Shown here piece after piece: positions 20,324-30,362 of a stretch of 64,000 nt of DNA. The translations under genes were made by a program, and so were the position numbers. The first letter of the stretch is position 1, and each line of letters starts with the position of its first letter. The DNA comes from Blastocatellia bacterium (GTDB lineage Bacteria; Acidobacteriota; Blastocatellia; UBA7656): positions 416,001 to 480,000 of the forward strand of contig CAVXWP010000008.1 of the NCBI GenBank assembly GCA_963765495.1, written 5' to 3'. Below the pieces are notes generated by a model that was not told where the DNA came from, made no database searches, and saw only the letters and a program-made list of their open reading frames with translations.

Positions 20324-21110
20324 TGGAAATTGCTCCTTGGTTTTACTTGTATCGAGGGGTTTGGCGCTCGATTCTTACTCGTCGAGCGATGCACCCGAAA
20401 TCGAGCTATTTCAAAACTGCTCTTCCCTGTTCGTCTGTTCCCTGATTAGAGCGAACCCAATATATCACAAAACAATTCTCTTAGGAATTTTGGTTATTTG
20501 ATTCCGCTCCCCAGAAACAGACGATGAAGAAGACGGGTATCGAGCGTAAGGGGAAGAATAGAAAGGATTCTGATGCAAAATCAGATTGGCAGGCCGGGTG
20601 AGTTTCGTTTTTCACAGGTGTGTTTTGCAACGGGAATGCCCCTTTAACAGGTCCAGTTAGAAAGAATAAGTATGAGAGCGCGTTCCACGCGCGGGCGTGT
20701 AGAGCTTTTGCCTGTACATGCAAGGGCATTTCAACACGAGGCCCTTATCAATACCGCGCCCTCATAACGTGGAACATTAGACCATAACTCCAGTTTGTAC
20801 ACATCGGACCAGAATGCCTTTTTTCAGGCATCTTTGTACTATTTCTATTCCGCCCGTATTGGCCCTATTGTGCCAGTGTGAAGGGTCACCCCTGCCAGAT
20901 CACTGCTATCAACGCCGCTTTTACAACTTGATCTTGTGACGAGGGAATATGCTTGCGTCAGGGCCATTCAGTTTTCAAGATATATTTAGGGAAAAAGGAT
21001 ACCGTTTGATTGCTAAGAATAATTCTCTTATAATCTGCGCGGATTTTCATTTCGCATTTTTTGCATAAGACATTTTCATTGACTAACCAAGAGGTTTCAA
21101 AATACACGCC

Positions 21111-21545
21111 ATGTCGACAAACGAGGCCCATCCGATCCGCATCATCATCGTAGACGATCACCCTGTAGTACGAGCCGGTTTAAAGTTGATCGTAAACAGT
21201 CAATCGGGGTTGCAAATAGTCGGGGAAGCCGAAGATCGGGCGGGAGCACTCGAACTGGCAGGACGCGAAAAACCGGACATCATTTTGCTGGACCTCGATC
21301 TGGGTGAAGACAACGGCCTTGAACTTATGCCGGAGTTGCAACGCCTTGCCGAATCGGCAAGGGTCGTGATTTTGACCGGGCTCAACGATCCTGAAATGCA
21401 TCGCCGCGCGGTTCGGCTCGGAGCGATGGGCGTAGTGCTTAAGGAGAGCGCCAATCAGTCGATCCTTGCGGCCATCAGGTCCGTGAGCGAGGGCGAAATC
21501 TATCTGGATCGAACTCTGATGTCTAGTTTGATGGATGAGGGGTGA
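21111..21545 (+). CDS. NarL-type receiver domain protein lacking the LuxR HTH
   Basis: IVDDHPVVRAG, PDIILLDL, ILTG, VLKES. Stops at 144 aa. Confidence 0.8.
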   Translation: MSTNEAHPIRIIIVDDHPVVRAGLKLIVNSQSGLQIVGEAEDRAGALELAGREKPDIILLDLDLGEDNGLELMPELQRLAESARVVILTGLNDPEMHRRAVRLGAMGVVLKESANQSILAAIRSVSEGEIYLDRTLMSSLMDEG

Positions 21546-21716
21546 TTCCACTAAGGGAGATGCGTGACGGGTGAAGAGAGAGAAAGAATCAGATCACGCT
21601 CTCATCTCTAACAATTGAACTCGCGGGATTGATTCGTTTCTCACCGCGCCGTATTATTGTATTCCCTCTTGGCGAACGTACTATTCCCACTATCGAAGGT
21701 AGAAGGAGTGCATCAC

Positions 21717-23354
21717 ATGCAAGCTCAACGACCTAAAAAGGTAGTCATACTCGGCGGAGGATTTGCAGGGGTCTATACAGCACAGTATCTGGAAAAGGCG
21801 CTCGGAAAGAATGAGGATTTTGAAATAACCCTCATAAATAAGGAGAACTACTTTGTTTTCCAGCCGATGTTGCCCGAAATAATCTCCGGCAGCATAGGTA
21901 TTCTCGACACCGTAAGTCCGATTCGACGCCTGCTGCCTCGTACATCGCTTCACGTACGCGACATCGAATCAATAGATTTGAAGAATCGCGTAATCACTAC
22001 CAGTCCCGGATTTCGGCCACACGCCCACCTGATCCCTTTTGATTATCTGGTCATCGCGCTCGGCAATGTGACCGATTTTCGTGGATTGCGCGGGCTGCCC
22101 GAACACGCCATACCTTTCAAGAATCTCGCCGACGCGCTCTATATCAGAAACCACCTCATCCGAGCCCTTGAAGAGGCTGCAATTGAGCACGATGACCTGG
22201 ATTTGCGTAAGCAATTGCTTACTTTTGTGGTGGCCGGTGGGGGCTTTTCAGGCGTGGAGGCCGTCGCGGAATTAAACGATTTTGTTCGAGAGATTGCGCG
22301 CAGCTATCGCGGGATCGACCCGGCGGAAATACGCGTTGTACTTGTCCACTCACAGGATCGCATCCTTCCCGAGGTCTCAGAAAAGCTGGCCCTGTTTGCG
22401 CAGAATCTTCTGAAAAAGCGAGGCGTAGAGGTTCTGCTAAACACGAGGCTTGAGGCTGCCACCGGGGAAGAGGCTATCCTGAAGGGTGGTATCCAAATCC
22501 CTACGCGTACGCTGATTTCGACCGTGCCGTCTTCTCCTCACCCGATTGTCGATAGCCTCGATTTGCCAAAGGGTAAGAACGGCAGGTTGATAACAAACCG
22601 GCACCTTGAAGTGGAGGGGACAGACCACATCTGGGCGCTGGGCGATTGCGCGCTTGTTCCAGAACCGGGAAGCGAAGGATTCTGCCCGCCTACGGCTCAG
22701 CACGCAATCCGACAGGGGCGAACGGCCGCACACAACATCATCGCGAAGATTAGAGGAGGAGAGAAACGGACCTTCGATTTCAAGGGGCTGGGGAAGATGG
22801 GGGCGCTCGGCCATCGCTCGGCAGTAGCTGAAATCTTTGGAATCAACATATCCGGTTTTGTAGCCTGGTGGATGTGGCGTTCAATCTATCTGATGAAACT
22901 GCCGGGATGGGGGCGAAGATTGAGAGTCGCTACAGATTGGACGCTCGATCTGTTGCTGCCTGCCGAACTGGTCCAATTAAAACTCGCGGGGTCGATGGGA
23001 ATCACACAGGAACATTTTGAACCCGGTGAAGAAATCTTTCGACAGGGCGATCTTGGGGACAGGATTTACATTATCGTCAGCGGGAAGGCTGATGTGATAC
23101 GAGAAGAAGAGGGCGGCGAGATAAAACTTGCCCAGCTTGAAATGGGCCAGTATTTCGGTGAGATGGCATTGCTAAAGAAGGCCACGCGCAGCGCGACCAT
23201 AAGGTGTACAGCCCCGATGGACACCCTGAGCTTGCCTAAACGCGAATTCAGCCTGCTTACCGCTTACCTCCCCGAGTTGCGGGCAAATTTTGAACAGGTA
23301 ATGGAAGAACGCAATCGCGCAAACACCGAGAAGGTTATGCACGCCGATGAATAG
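21717..23354 (+). CDS. ndh: Type II NADH dehydrogenase-like flavoprotein fused to a C-terminal cyclic-nucleotide-binding domain
   Basis: GGGFAG, VAGGGFSGVE, WALGDCA, PTAQHA. The C-terminus has FRQGDLGD, FGEMAL and RSATIR. Confidence 0.85.
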   Translation: MQAQRPKKVVILGGGFAGVYTAQYLEKALGKNEDFEITLINKENYFVFQPMLPEIISGSIGILDTVSPIRRLLPRTSLHVRDIESIDLKNRVITTSPGFRPHAHLIPFDYLVIALGNVTDFRGLRGLPEHAIPFKNLADALYIRNHLIRALEEAAIEHDDLDLRKQLLTFVVAGGGFSGVEAVAELNDFVREIARSYRGIDPAEIRVVLVHSQDRILPEVSEKLALFAQNLLKKRGVEVLLNTRLEAATGEEAILKGGIQIPTRTLISTVPSSPHPIVDSLDLPKGKNGRLITNRHLEVEGTDHIWALGDCALVPEPGSEGFCPPTAQHAIRQGRTAAHNIIAKIRGGEKRTFDFKGLGKMGALGHRSAVAEIFGINISGFVAWWMWRSIYLMKLPGWGRRLRVATDWTLDLLLPAELVQLKLAGSMGITQEHFEPGEEIFRQGDLGDRIYIIVSGKADVIREEEGGEIKLAQLEMGQYFGEMALLKKATRSATIRCTAPMDTLSLPKREFSLLTAYLPELRANFEQVMEERNRANTEKVMHADE

Positions 23355-23355
23355 G

Positions 23356-23504
23356 CTCTGATAGTAGGCAGTAGGCAGTAGGCAGTTAAGCTGGAGGCGG
23401 GTACCAACTATTCACATCTATATATTGCATTGCTGAGTTTAGCCCTTTGGCTTTGATCTTGATTATCAGCTTAACTGCCTACTGCCTACTGCCTACTATC
23501 AGAG
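23356..23504. repeat. Perfect 38-bp inverted repeat containing (GTAGGCA)3 heptamers around a 73-bp spacer
   Basis: 23356-23393 CTCTGATAGTAGGCAGTAGGCAGTAGGCAGTTAAGCTG is the exact reverse complement of 23467-23504. Confidence 0.92.
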
Positions 23505-24464
23505 TTGTCGGGCAATCTCGCGGGCATAATAGGTCAGAATCAAATCGGCTCCCGCACGTTTTATTGAGGTCAGCGACTCGAGGGCTACTCGTTGTTCGTC
23601 AATCCAACCCATTTTCGCAGCCGCCTTTATCATCGCGTATTCGCCCGAGACCTGATAAGCCGCTACCGGAAGATCGAATCGTTCGCGAACGGCGCGAATG
23701 ACATCCAGATAAGGGAGTGCGGGTTTAACCATGAGGATATCGGCACCCTGCTCCCAATCGAGTTCGGCTTCGCGCATGGCTTCGCGCGAATTGGCAGGGT
23801 CCATCTGATACCCTCGACGGTCGCCAAACTGAGGGGCCGATTGCGCCGCCTCTCGGAACGGGCCATAGAAGGCCGACGCGTATTTGACGGCATACGACAT
23901 TATCGGTATCTGATCAAATCCAGATTCATCAAGTGCCTGACGGATCGCCTCAACAAAACCATCCATCATATTGGAGGGGGCTATAATATCTGCCCCCGCC
24001 TCTGCCTGAGATACAGCCGTTTGCGCAAGCAAATCGAGCGTAGGGTCATTTAGAACTTCGCCGTCTTCGATAACGCCGCAATGGCCGTGATCCGTATACT
24101 CGCACAGACAATTATCCGCGATGAGAAGTACATCTCCTGTCTCGCGCTTTAGGGCTCGTATTGCCCTCTGCGTGATGCCGTCTTCGGCATAACCCTGAGA
24201 GCCGGTAGGGTCTTTTTCATCAGGTACACCAAATAAGATTACCGCGCGCACGCCCTCTGTACGCGCGGCCTCGACCTCTCGAACCAGCTCATCAATCGAC
24301 ATGTTATAACAACCCGGCATTGCCGAAATCTCGCGGCGCACGCCCTCGCCTTCGCAAACAAAGAGCGGGTAGATGAAATCGTCCGGCGACAGCCGTGTCT
24401 CACGCACCATCGCACGTATCGTCTCAGTGCGCCGCAACCTTCGGGGCCTCTGAATCAAATTCAT
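23499..24464 (-). CDS. hemB: Porphobilinogen synthase (ALA dehydratase)
   Basis: [37 protein letters not shown]. Confidence 0.97.
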   Translation of the reverse strand: MNLIQRPRRLRRTETIRAMVRETRLSPDDFIYPLFVCEGEGVRREISAMPGCYNMSIDELVREVEAARTEGVRAVILFGVPDEKDPTGSQGYAEDGITQRAIRALKRETGDVLLIADNCLCEYTDHGHCGVIEDGEVLNDPTLDLLAQTAVSQAEAGADIIAPSNMMDGFVEAIRQALDESGFDQIPIMSYAVKYASAFYGPFREAAQSAPQFGDRRGYQMDPANSREAMREAELDWEQGADILMVKPALPYLDVIRAVRERFDLPVAAYQVSGEYAMIKAAAKMGWIDEQRVALESLTSIKRAGADLILTYYAREIARQL

Positions 24465-24740
24465 AGGTTGGACTCCTGGTAAAATAATGATTTTCCAGCC
24501 TGCCCGGTGCTAATTGTCACTTCCCTGTTCCGTACCAAAGAAGAAAATTTGAGCGCACTCTTCACTGCAAAAAGGCCGGGCATATCGCCGTATTGCGCAG
24601 TCCTCACAAAGCGACTTATAGCACGTTGCGCATTTCAGCAATCGAAATACCTGAGGCTCCTGATTGCATTTCGAGCAAACTGTCATTACAAGTGCAAAGT
24701 ATATCAGATTGCGCCAGAGGGTTAATAGTTTTCACGAGGG

Positions 24741-24965
24741 TTAGAGCGCGTCTGAAAAGTGAAGAAAAGCCCCGAAGGGGCGAGATTCAATAGCCCGGCG
24801 CGTTGCGCCGGGTAGAGGCAGCCAAAGTCGCGCAAGCCCTGAAAGGGCGCAATATCGGGGCCTATCTCCCACTTTCAGGGCTCGGGGGATTTTGGCCTCG
24901 GTTCCTGGGGCGATGCCCCAGGCTATTGGATTGCGTCCTTTCAGGGCTTTTCAGACGCGCTCTAA
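24741..24965. mobile_element. MITE-like element with terminal inverted repeats and internal GCCCTGAAAGGGC-type palindromes
   Basis: TTAGAGCGCGTCTGAAAAG (24741-24759) and CTTTTCAGACGCGCTCTAA (24947-24965). Nested internal hairpins, no transposase. Confidence 0.75.
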
Positions 24966-25039
24966 GGTACGCACTGATCGTTTGGTGCAGGGCTATCTTA
25001 TTCTCAGGAAATACTTTGAGAATTTAATCCTTCTGTGCC

Positions 25040-26110
25040 TCACCTTGAGTTGCTCTTCGGGAACATTACGCGGTCCGGCTCGGCGTTCAGTCTTTCCAGC
25101 ATCTTTTTTATCAGCCTCGTTTTGACCTGCCCGGCTCGTTTCGGCTCTACCAGATACCGAACGATTGCCTCGATCCAGGTGTTTTCATTCACCCTGAAAA
25201 TGACCGTAGGGTGCTCCCTCACCTCAAGCTCATCAACCGGCGTTTTCTCAAGCAAATTGCGAAAAACCCTCACCCGCTCAAGCATGTCTTCGCCCAGTTC
25301 CACCTCAGCCGTCTCCTGCATGGCCTTCGCCACAAATTCGAGATCGCTTTCGTAAGCGATGTTGAAAGAGATTTCGTTCCAGATATAAGGGAAAAGAGGC
25401 CAGGAATAGTTGTAGACCGCAGACCCTAAGACATCAGAGTTTGGAAATTTGATTATCCTTCCGCTCGGGTGATCCGTAGAGAGGTACTGCCCGCCAAATT
25501 CCCATAGCGTCGTGTCGAGGTAGCTCACATCAATAACATCGCCTGTCGCATCCCCGATCTTTATTCTGTCGCCAACCCGGTACGGCTCCCTGACAAGAAT
25601 GTATACCCATCCGATAAAACTCGTTATCGGTGTCTGAAGAGCGAAGCCCAGTACCAGCGAGATCAACCCGAGCGACACTACAGCCGTATACCAGTTCACA
25701 AAGATTACGGAAATGATGATAAATCCCAGTATCAGACCGACCATCAGTCTCAGGACCCGTTTCAGGTTGTACCGAGACGCGCCATCCAAAACTCGACCGA
25801 TCAAATATATCTTCACAATCTGTGAGGCCGTCAGGACCAAAGTGATGAGGATGCCCCCCCGGGTGGTCCTCAAGAGAAAATTCTTTATACGTTCCGGTAA
25901 TCCGAAATAAGAGAGACCGAAAAGATAGTAAAGGATGGCCAGCCCGAGCAGGACAAGAACATAGGTGCCGAGCAATACCCGGTCGCCGGTTTCAGCTATT
26001 GGCTTTGCAGGCTCCCGGATGTTTGATGTCTGCCTTAAAGCCTTCTTTACATCCTCTCGCTGCTCTAACTGGTGCGCGGCGGCTTCCTCTTGTTTCCCCA
26101 TAACGCTCAT
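25040..26110 (-). CDS. MscS family mechanosensitive channel
   Basis: TM segments, LGFALQ, PYRVGDRIKIG, FPNS, NYS. Confidence 0.9.
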   Translation of the reverse strand: MSVMGKQEEAAAHQLEQREDVKKALRQTSNIREPAKPIAETGDRVLLGTYVLVLLGLAILYYLFGLSYFGLPERIKNFLLRTTRGGILITLVLTASQIVKIYLIGRVLDGASRYNLKRVLRLMVGLILGFIIISVIFVNWYTAVVSLGLISLVLGFALQTPITSFIGWVYILVREPYRVGDRIKIGDATGDVIDVSYLDTTLWEFGGQYLSTDHPSGRIIKFPNSDVLGSAVYNYSWPLFPYIWNEISFNIAYESDLEFVAKAMQETAEVELGEDMLERVRVFRNLLEKTPVDELEVREHPTVIFRVNENTWIEAIVRYLVEPKRAGQVKTRLIKKMLERLNAEPDRVMFPKSNSR

Positions 26111-26185
26111 TTAAAGGTAGGAAAAAAATATGAGCGCCACGAAGTAAACACTAATCCATGATCCGTGAATATTCAACGGCGAGTA

Positions 26186-26584
26186 TCACGGCAATTGATA
26201 ACTGAGGACGCGAACCGTAGCATTGGCTGGGTTCTGGCTGAAAATGAGAACTCCCTCAACTGTCGAATGGGCTGGAATGAAATCGAAGGTTGTATCCGAT
26301 CTCTCTTCCTGACCGCTGGAAGCAAGTAGGCCTTCAACCTTTACCTCTGTGGCTGTGACCTCACCATCATTCGTAATATGAACAGGGAGGTAGAACTGCC
26401 CCCGCTCATTGCGTACCGCACCTTGCTCGACCCTGAAAGAAGCGGGCATGCCCGAAGAGTTCAGCCAGAGCCAGGCTACTATTGCAATCAACCCGGCAAG
26501 CAGAATGAGTGAAACTGCCAGAGACACCCATTCGGCAGATGACCGGGGCGAGTCACTATTCTCATTTTGCTTATTCCCGTTCAT
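26186..26584 (-). CDS. TIGR02588-like protein (one TM plus Ig-like domain)
   Basis: AEWVSLAVS TM, FYLPVHITNDG, FDFIP. ATGA overlap with the upstream gene. Confidence 0.7.
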   Translation of the reverse strand: MNGNKQNENSDSPRSSAEWVSLAVSLILLAGLIAIVAWLWLNSSGMPASFRVEQGAVRNERGQFYLPVHITNDGEVTATEVKVEGLLASSGQEERSDTTFDFIPAHSTVEGVLIFSQNPANATVRVLSYQLP

Positions 26585-27438
26585 AACGCCAGCCTGCCCG
26601 CTGCCCCGCCAAGGCTTGAAGGCAAACCCAGTACAATTGCGTAGCTGACCCATTGTTCAAGTGGGTCTGTCGTTCTGACGAGTTGAAACAACCAGAGCAT
26701 CCCTGCGGCCATCAAGAGAGAGAGTAAATAAGAGATGACCGTTTCTGTGATCGGGCTCTGGAAAATGCCGGGCTGGTTCATTCGCGCCTCCTGAGAACCG
26801 AAATTCGCTTCGAACACTATTATGTAGGAAAGACCCAGAGATGCCGCTATTATTACAAGCAGCCATAGGGGCGACATTCCACTGGCAATTTTTGGAATCT
26901 CATCGGTCGGGGCTATGTTGAAGGCTATGATCGTCGCCCCAAATACCGTCGCAGCCGCATCGAGCAGAGTCCCTTTCCACGCGTGGTCAGCAAATCTGAC
27001 TCCGCCCTTTTCCTGGTTTTCGTCACTGTAGAGAAAAGTATTCGTAATTCCTACACCAATGCCAAAGGGAACGGTTTCCATAACTATTCGTCCGAGTGTG
27101 ACCTGGAGTCCTGCCTCGAATGTTAAGACCCTGATCAGAAATAGCCCTACGGTTGCCGACACAAGAGCTATAGCAAGCCCTTCGAAACTGTCGAGTATAG
27201 TCCTGCTCCAGGGACTTGCGCCTTCTTTGCGGAATCCTTCAAAACGATTCAGCGCCAACAGTGACAGATAAGTTAGCAGAAGGGCGATAATCATCCGAGG
27301 CACTGATGTAAAGTTCCCCTTCCACCAAACCTCCATAGTAAAAAGGAACGGAACTCCGAAAAGAAAGGCTCCCGATGAGCCCCGAAGAAAATCGTTTATC
27401 TCAGTTCGCAGCCCGGTTTGTTCGCGATTGCTCTTCAT
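26581..27438 (-). CDS. TIGR02587-like (DUF2391) integral membrane protein
   Basis: GAFLFGVPFLFTMEVWW, NIAPTDEI, GLPSSLGGAAGRL. Confidence 0.8.
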   Translation of the reverse strand: MKSNREQTGLRTEINDFLRGSSGAFLFGVPFLFTMEVWWKGNFTSVPRMIIALLLTYLSLLALNRFEGFRKEGASPWSRTILDSFEGLAIALVSATVGLFLIRVLTFEAGLQVTLGRIVMETVPFGIGVGITNTFLYSDENQEKGGVRFADHAWKGTLLDAAATVFGATIIAFNIAPTDEIPKIASGMSPLWLLVIIAASLGLSYIIVFEANFGSQEARMNQPGIFQSPITETVISYLLSLLMAAGMLWLFQLVRTTDPLEQWVSYAIVLGLPSSLGGAAGRLAL

Positions 27439-28109
27439 GACGCTTTATTCTTGCCGAGTGGGGACGAATCATATTGCTTTAGGAGATCAGCCGGACCATC
27501 ATATATCGCAAGTGCGCCTGTGAGATGAGCATCCCTCCACCCACCTGAGCGAAATGCTATGCACTCGATTCCCGCTCGGTTTGCGGCTTCTATATCATAA
27601 GGCGTATCCCCGATCATCAGGATTCGTTCGCGCGGATGGGCCGCCCTGGAAAGCGCGGCTTCAACAATGTCCGGGTCAGGCTTGGAATCTTCCGCATCAT
27701 CGGATGAGGTCTTCCTTTCGATCAAATCATCTGCCCGAGCAATTTTCAGTAGCGCCTTCAGTTCATCCTCCTTTGCTGAACTTGCAACCATCAACCTGAT
27801 GCCATCGGTGCGCATGCGAAGAAGCAATTCTCTGGTGCCGGGAAATGCCTCTAATTCGGGAAGATATCGTGACGTAAAAATTTCGCCTCTAAGTCGGGAG
27901 ATTTCCTTCCCTTCGGCAGAATCATCCCGAAGGCCTGACACTTCGGGCAGCAATTTATCTCCCCCTTTTCCAATTAGCGACCGAATTTTTTCATACTGTA
28001 TGTCAAAGCCTCGCCTGGCCAGCGCCTCCTGCCATGCCCTGGTATGCGCGTCGTTGCTGTCTACAAGAGTCCCGTCAATATCGAGTATGACCTCACGGAT
28101 GGAATGCAT
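27435..28109 (-). CDS. HAD superfamily hydrolase
   Basis: DIDGTLVDS, SKPDPD, IGDTPYD. Confidence 0.92.
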   Translation of the reverse strand: MHSIREVILDIDGTLVDSNDAHTRAWQEALARRGFDIQYEKIRSLIGKGGDKLLPEVSGLRDDSAEGKEISRLRGEIFTSRYLPELEAFPGTRELLLRMRTDGIRLMVASSAKEDELKALLKIARADDLIERKTSSDDAEDSKPDPDIVEAALSRAAHPRERILMIGDTPYDIEAANRAGIECIAFRSGGWRDAHLTGALAIYDGPADLLKQYDSSPLGKNKAS

Positions 28110-28239
28110 GTTTGATAAACCCCTGTGGTGTGTGAAAGAGTTTGAGTTTGGAAAGTGCGTCCCTGATGATTTTAGTAGATATGATCAACTACACGTCAAA
28201 TGAAAATATCAGAATTTGAGATTGCCTGCCCCATTTGCG

Positions 28240-29892
28240 TCAATCCACCTCGATCCATTTCGTGACCGGAATAAACCTCATCTCCTTTTTGTTTACGGAA
28301 ACGATATGCGCTCCAGATGAGCCGACCCTTCGATTCGGGCCAAAGGTGATCGGAGGAGTGACACCTGTTTCAAACTGGTAGAACTGGTCGAGCGTTTCAA
28401 TCAATTTCTGCCTTGTCAGGTCTCTGCCCGCGCGTTTTAACCCCTCGACCAGTATTTTCGCCGCCGCAAAGGCCGTCAACTGGCTTTCCAATTCCGTAGT
28501 CGGAAGGCTATAGGTCTCAGCCAGCCCCTTGTACTCACTTATTGATTCCCGGCTCAAATCCGAAGGCAGGGTAGAAAGCGAAATGAACAGGTGGGAAGTA
28601 ACCGATTCGGGCGCGTCAAGGGATTCTCTGGCCAGAAGAGGACCCGGGATCAGAATATCAGGGAACCAGTTTATGTTTCCTGCCTGATCGAGAAACTCTC
28701 TTTGCATATCTTTTGGCCCCAGATAAAAGACCGAACTGATCTTATTTCTCATCAGTTCTTGAACCATCTCCTTTATTCCTGCACTAGATCGGGGGATTTC
28801 AATCGACCCCAGAGTGCCCCATTTCAACCGGCGACATTCGCTCTTTATCGCCTCTGCCGCTTCGCGCGATTCCCTGTCACCCGAATTTATTATTACCGCC
28901 TGCTCGGACTGTGAAGACTTACGGCCAGCGGCAAATATCGCGAGTGACCGGGCCTGATCCTGTAGCCCGGCATGGATATAGAAGACGTAGCGGTTTATTG
29001 GGAAACCGGCGTCGGGCGTCTCTGTGATCGCCCCAACAAGGGGAAGTTCCCTGTCGCTTGCGAGCAGGGCAATCTCTCGGTCCGCCCCGGATGTGAATGC
29101 GCCTGTGAGCGCAAAGATATTCCCGTCCTCCAGGAGGGTTCGCAGGGCCTGAACCCTCTGCTCAGGCAAACCGTCGGATTCAGCTATCTGTAGATTGATT
29201 TCACGATTAAAGATTCCGCCGCTTTTATTGATTGAATCGAAGTATGCGCGAAGCAAAACATTGATGGAGCGAGTCGTTTCCGCAAAGGGGCCGCTCTTTA
29301 TTAGGAGAGTCCCGACTCTTATGCTCGATTGGTTCAGACCCGGTTCCGGGGCTTCATCTATCTTTTTGATGTAGGCGATCAGATCGGTTATGTCTGTTTG
29401 AGACAGGCGGAATCGCGGCATCGCAGGATGTAACTGATTGCCCGCCGGATCAAGCCCCATCGTAATTGCTCGCTTCAATGTCTTCTCTGTGTAAGGCGGG
29501 TGGTTGCGACCGCTTTCATGAGACACGCCATAAGGCTTGGTCAAGCCATTCCACGTAATGTCGGACGGTGTTACTCCTCCTTCCGGTTTTCCGCGTCCGT
29601 CGCGCCCGTGGCAGTTCACACAGGCCATTGCCTCACCGGGTATCTCAAGCCCGGAGTTGCCCATAACTGCGGTGATCTTTTGGCCTGTCGGACTGGTTCC
29701 GCGTAAATATATTTGACGGCCCCGATCTTCTTCCTGCTGAATAGTTGATGGCGTTGTGTTTCCGATCTGTCCTGTGCCCAATGATACAAGTCCGAGCATT
29801 GCCGTAAAAAGAAGTAGTGTATGTTTCACCCGTCTATTCAAGTGGCCCTTTGATTCCCGTTGTGATTGAGTCATTGAAACCGAGGTTCGCAT
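28240..29892 (-). CDS. c-type cytochrome fused to a type-1 periplasmic binding (branched-chain amino acid SBP-like) domain
   Basis: Signal peptide, CVNCH, distal Met (PAMPRF), then INKSGGIFNR and LKRAGRDLTR. Confidence 0.8.
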   Translation of the reverse strand: MRTSVSMTQSQRESKGHLNRRVKHTLLLFTAMLGLVSLGTGQIGNTTPSTIQQEEDRGRQIYLRGTSPTGQKITAVMGNSGLEIPGEAMACVNCHGRDGRGKPEGGVTPSDITWNGLTKPYGVSHESGRNHPPYTEKTLKRAITMGLDPAGNQLHPAMPRFRLSQTDITDLIAYIKKIDEAPEPGLNQSSIRVGTLLIKSGPFAETTRSINVLLRAYFDSINKSGGIFNREINLQIAESDGLPEQRVQALRTLLEDGNIFALTGAFTSGADREIALLASDRELPLVGAITETPDAGFPINRYVFYIHAGLQDQARSLAIFAAGRKSSQSEQAVIINSGDRESREAAEAIKSECRRLKWGTLGSIEIPRSSAGIKEMVQELMRNKISSVFYLGPKDMQREFLDQAGNINWFPDILIPGPLLARESLDAPESVTSHLFISLSTLPSDLSRESISEYKGLAETYSLPTTELESQLTAFAAAKILVEGLKRAGRDLTRQKLIETLDQFYQFETGVTPPITFGPNRRVGSSGAHIVSVNKKEMRFIPVTKWIEVD

Positions 29893-30362
29893 AGACCAGT
29901 GTTTAAACTCGATATGACATCAAAGTCAACCGATCTTTGCGCTCTGTACCTGCCCCCGTGTTCTCATATACAAGTCACAATCCACATACCTGGGTAAAAT
30001 TGGTTTATGACTCACGTAAATTGTCTTGTGTTGGTTACCACATTCAATTATTATCCGCACAGTGAGAAGGATTACCGTTCTGTTATGATGCAGTCAGCAG
30101 GCTGAGACGATATTTGAGGGGAAAGATTCAAGCCGAGATTGAGCCATAACGGGAGGTGTTCTTATTGACGCCTGAGTGAATTGAGAGGGCATTCAGACTA
30201 TTTTGACGGTATGACTTGAAGGGCTTACCAGCGCCTCTTCTTGTCAGATGCTGGTTCACAGATGAAGGGTACAACTTCGCTTTTCCTTACATTCCCGATT
30301 GGAACATGGGTCCCAGATAGCCAGCCTGTGTTAGAAGCGCACTCACAAAGGAGATGTGCATT

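Noticed and set aside
23356-23504. Repeats as a CRISPR array
   Set aside because: They are inverted and tandem heptamers, not direct repeats with unique spacers, and no cas genes are present.
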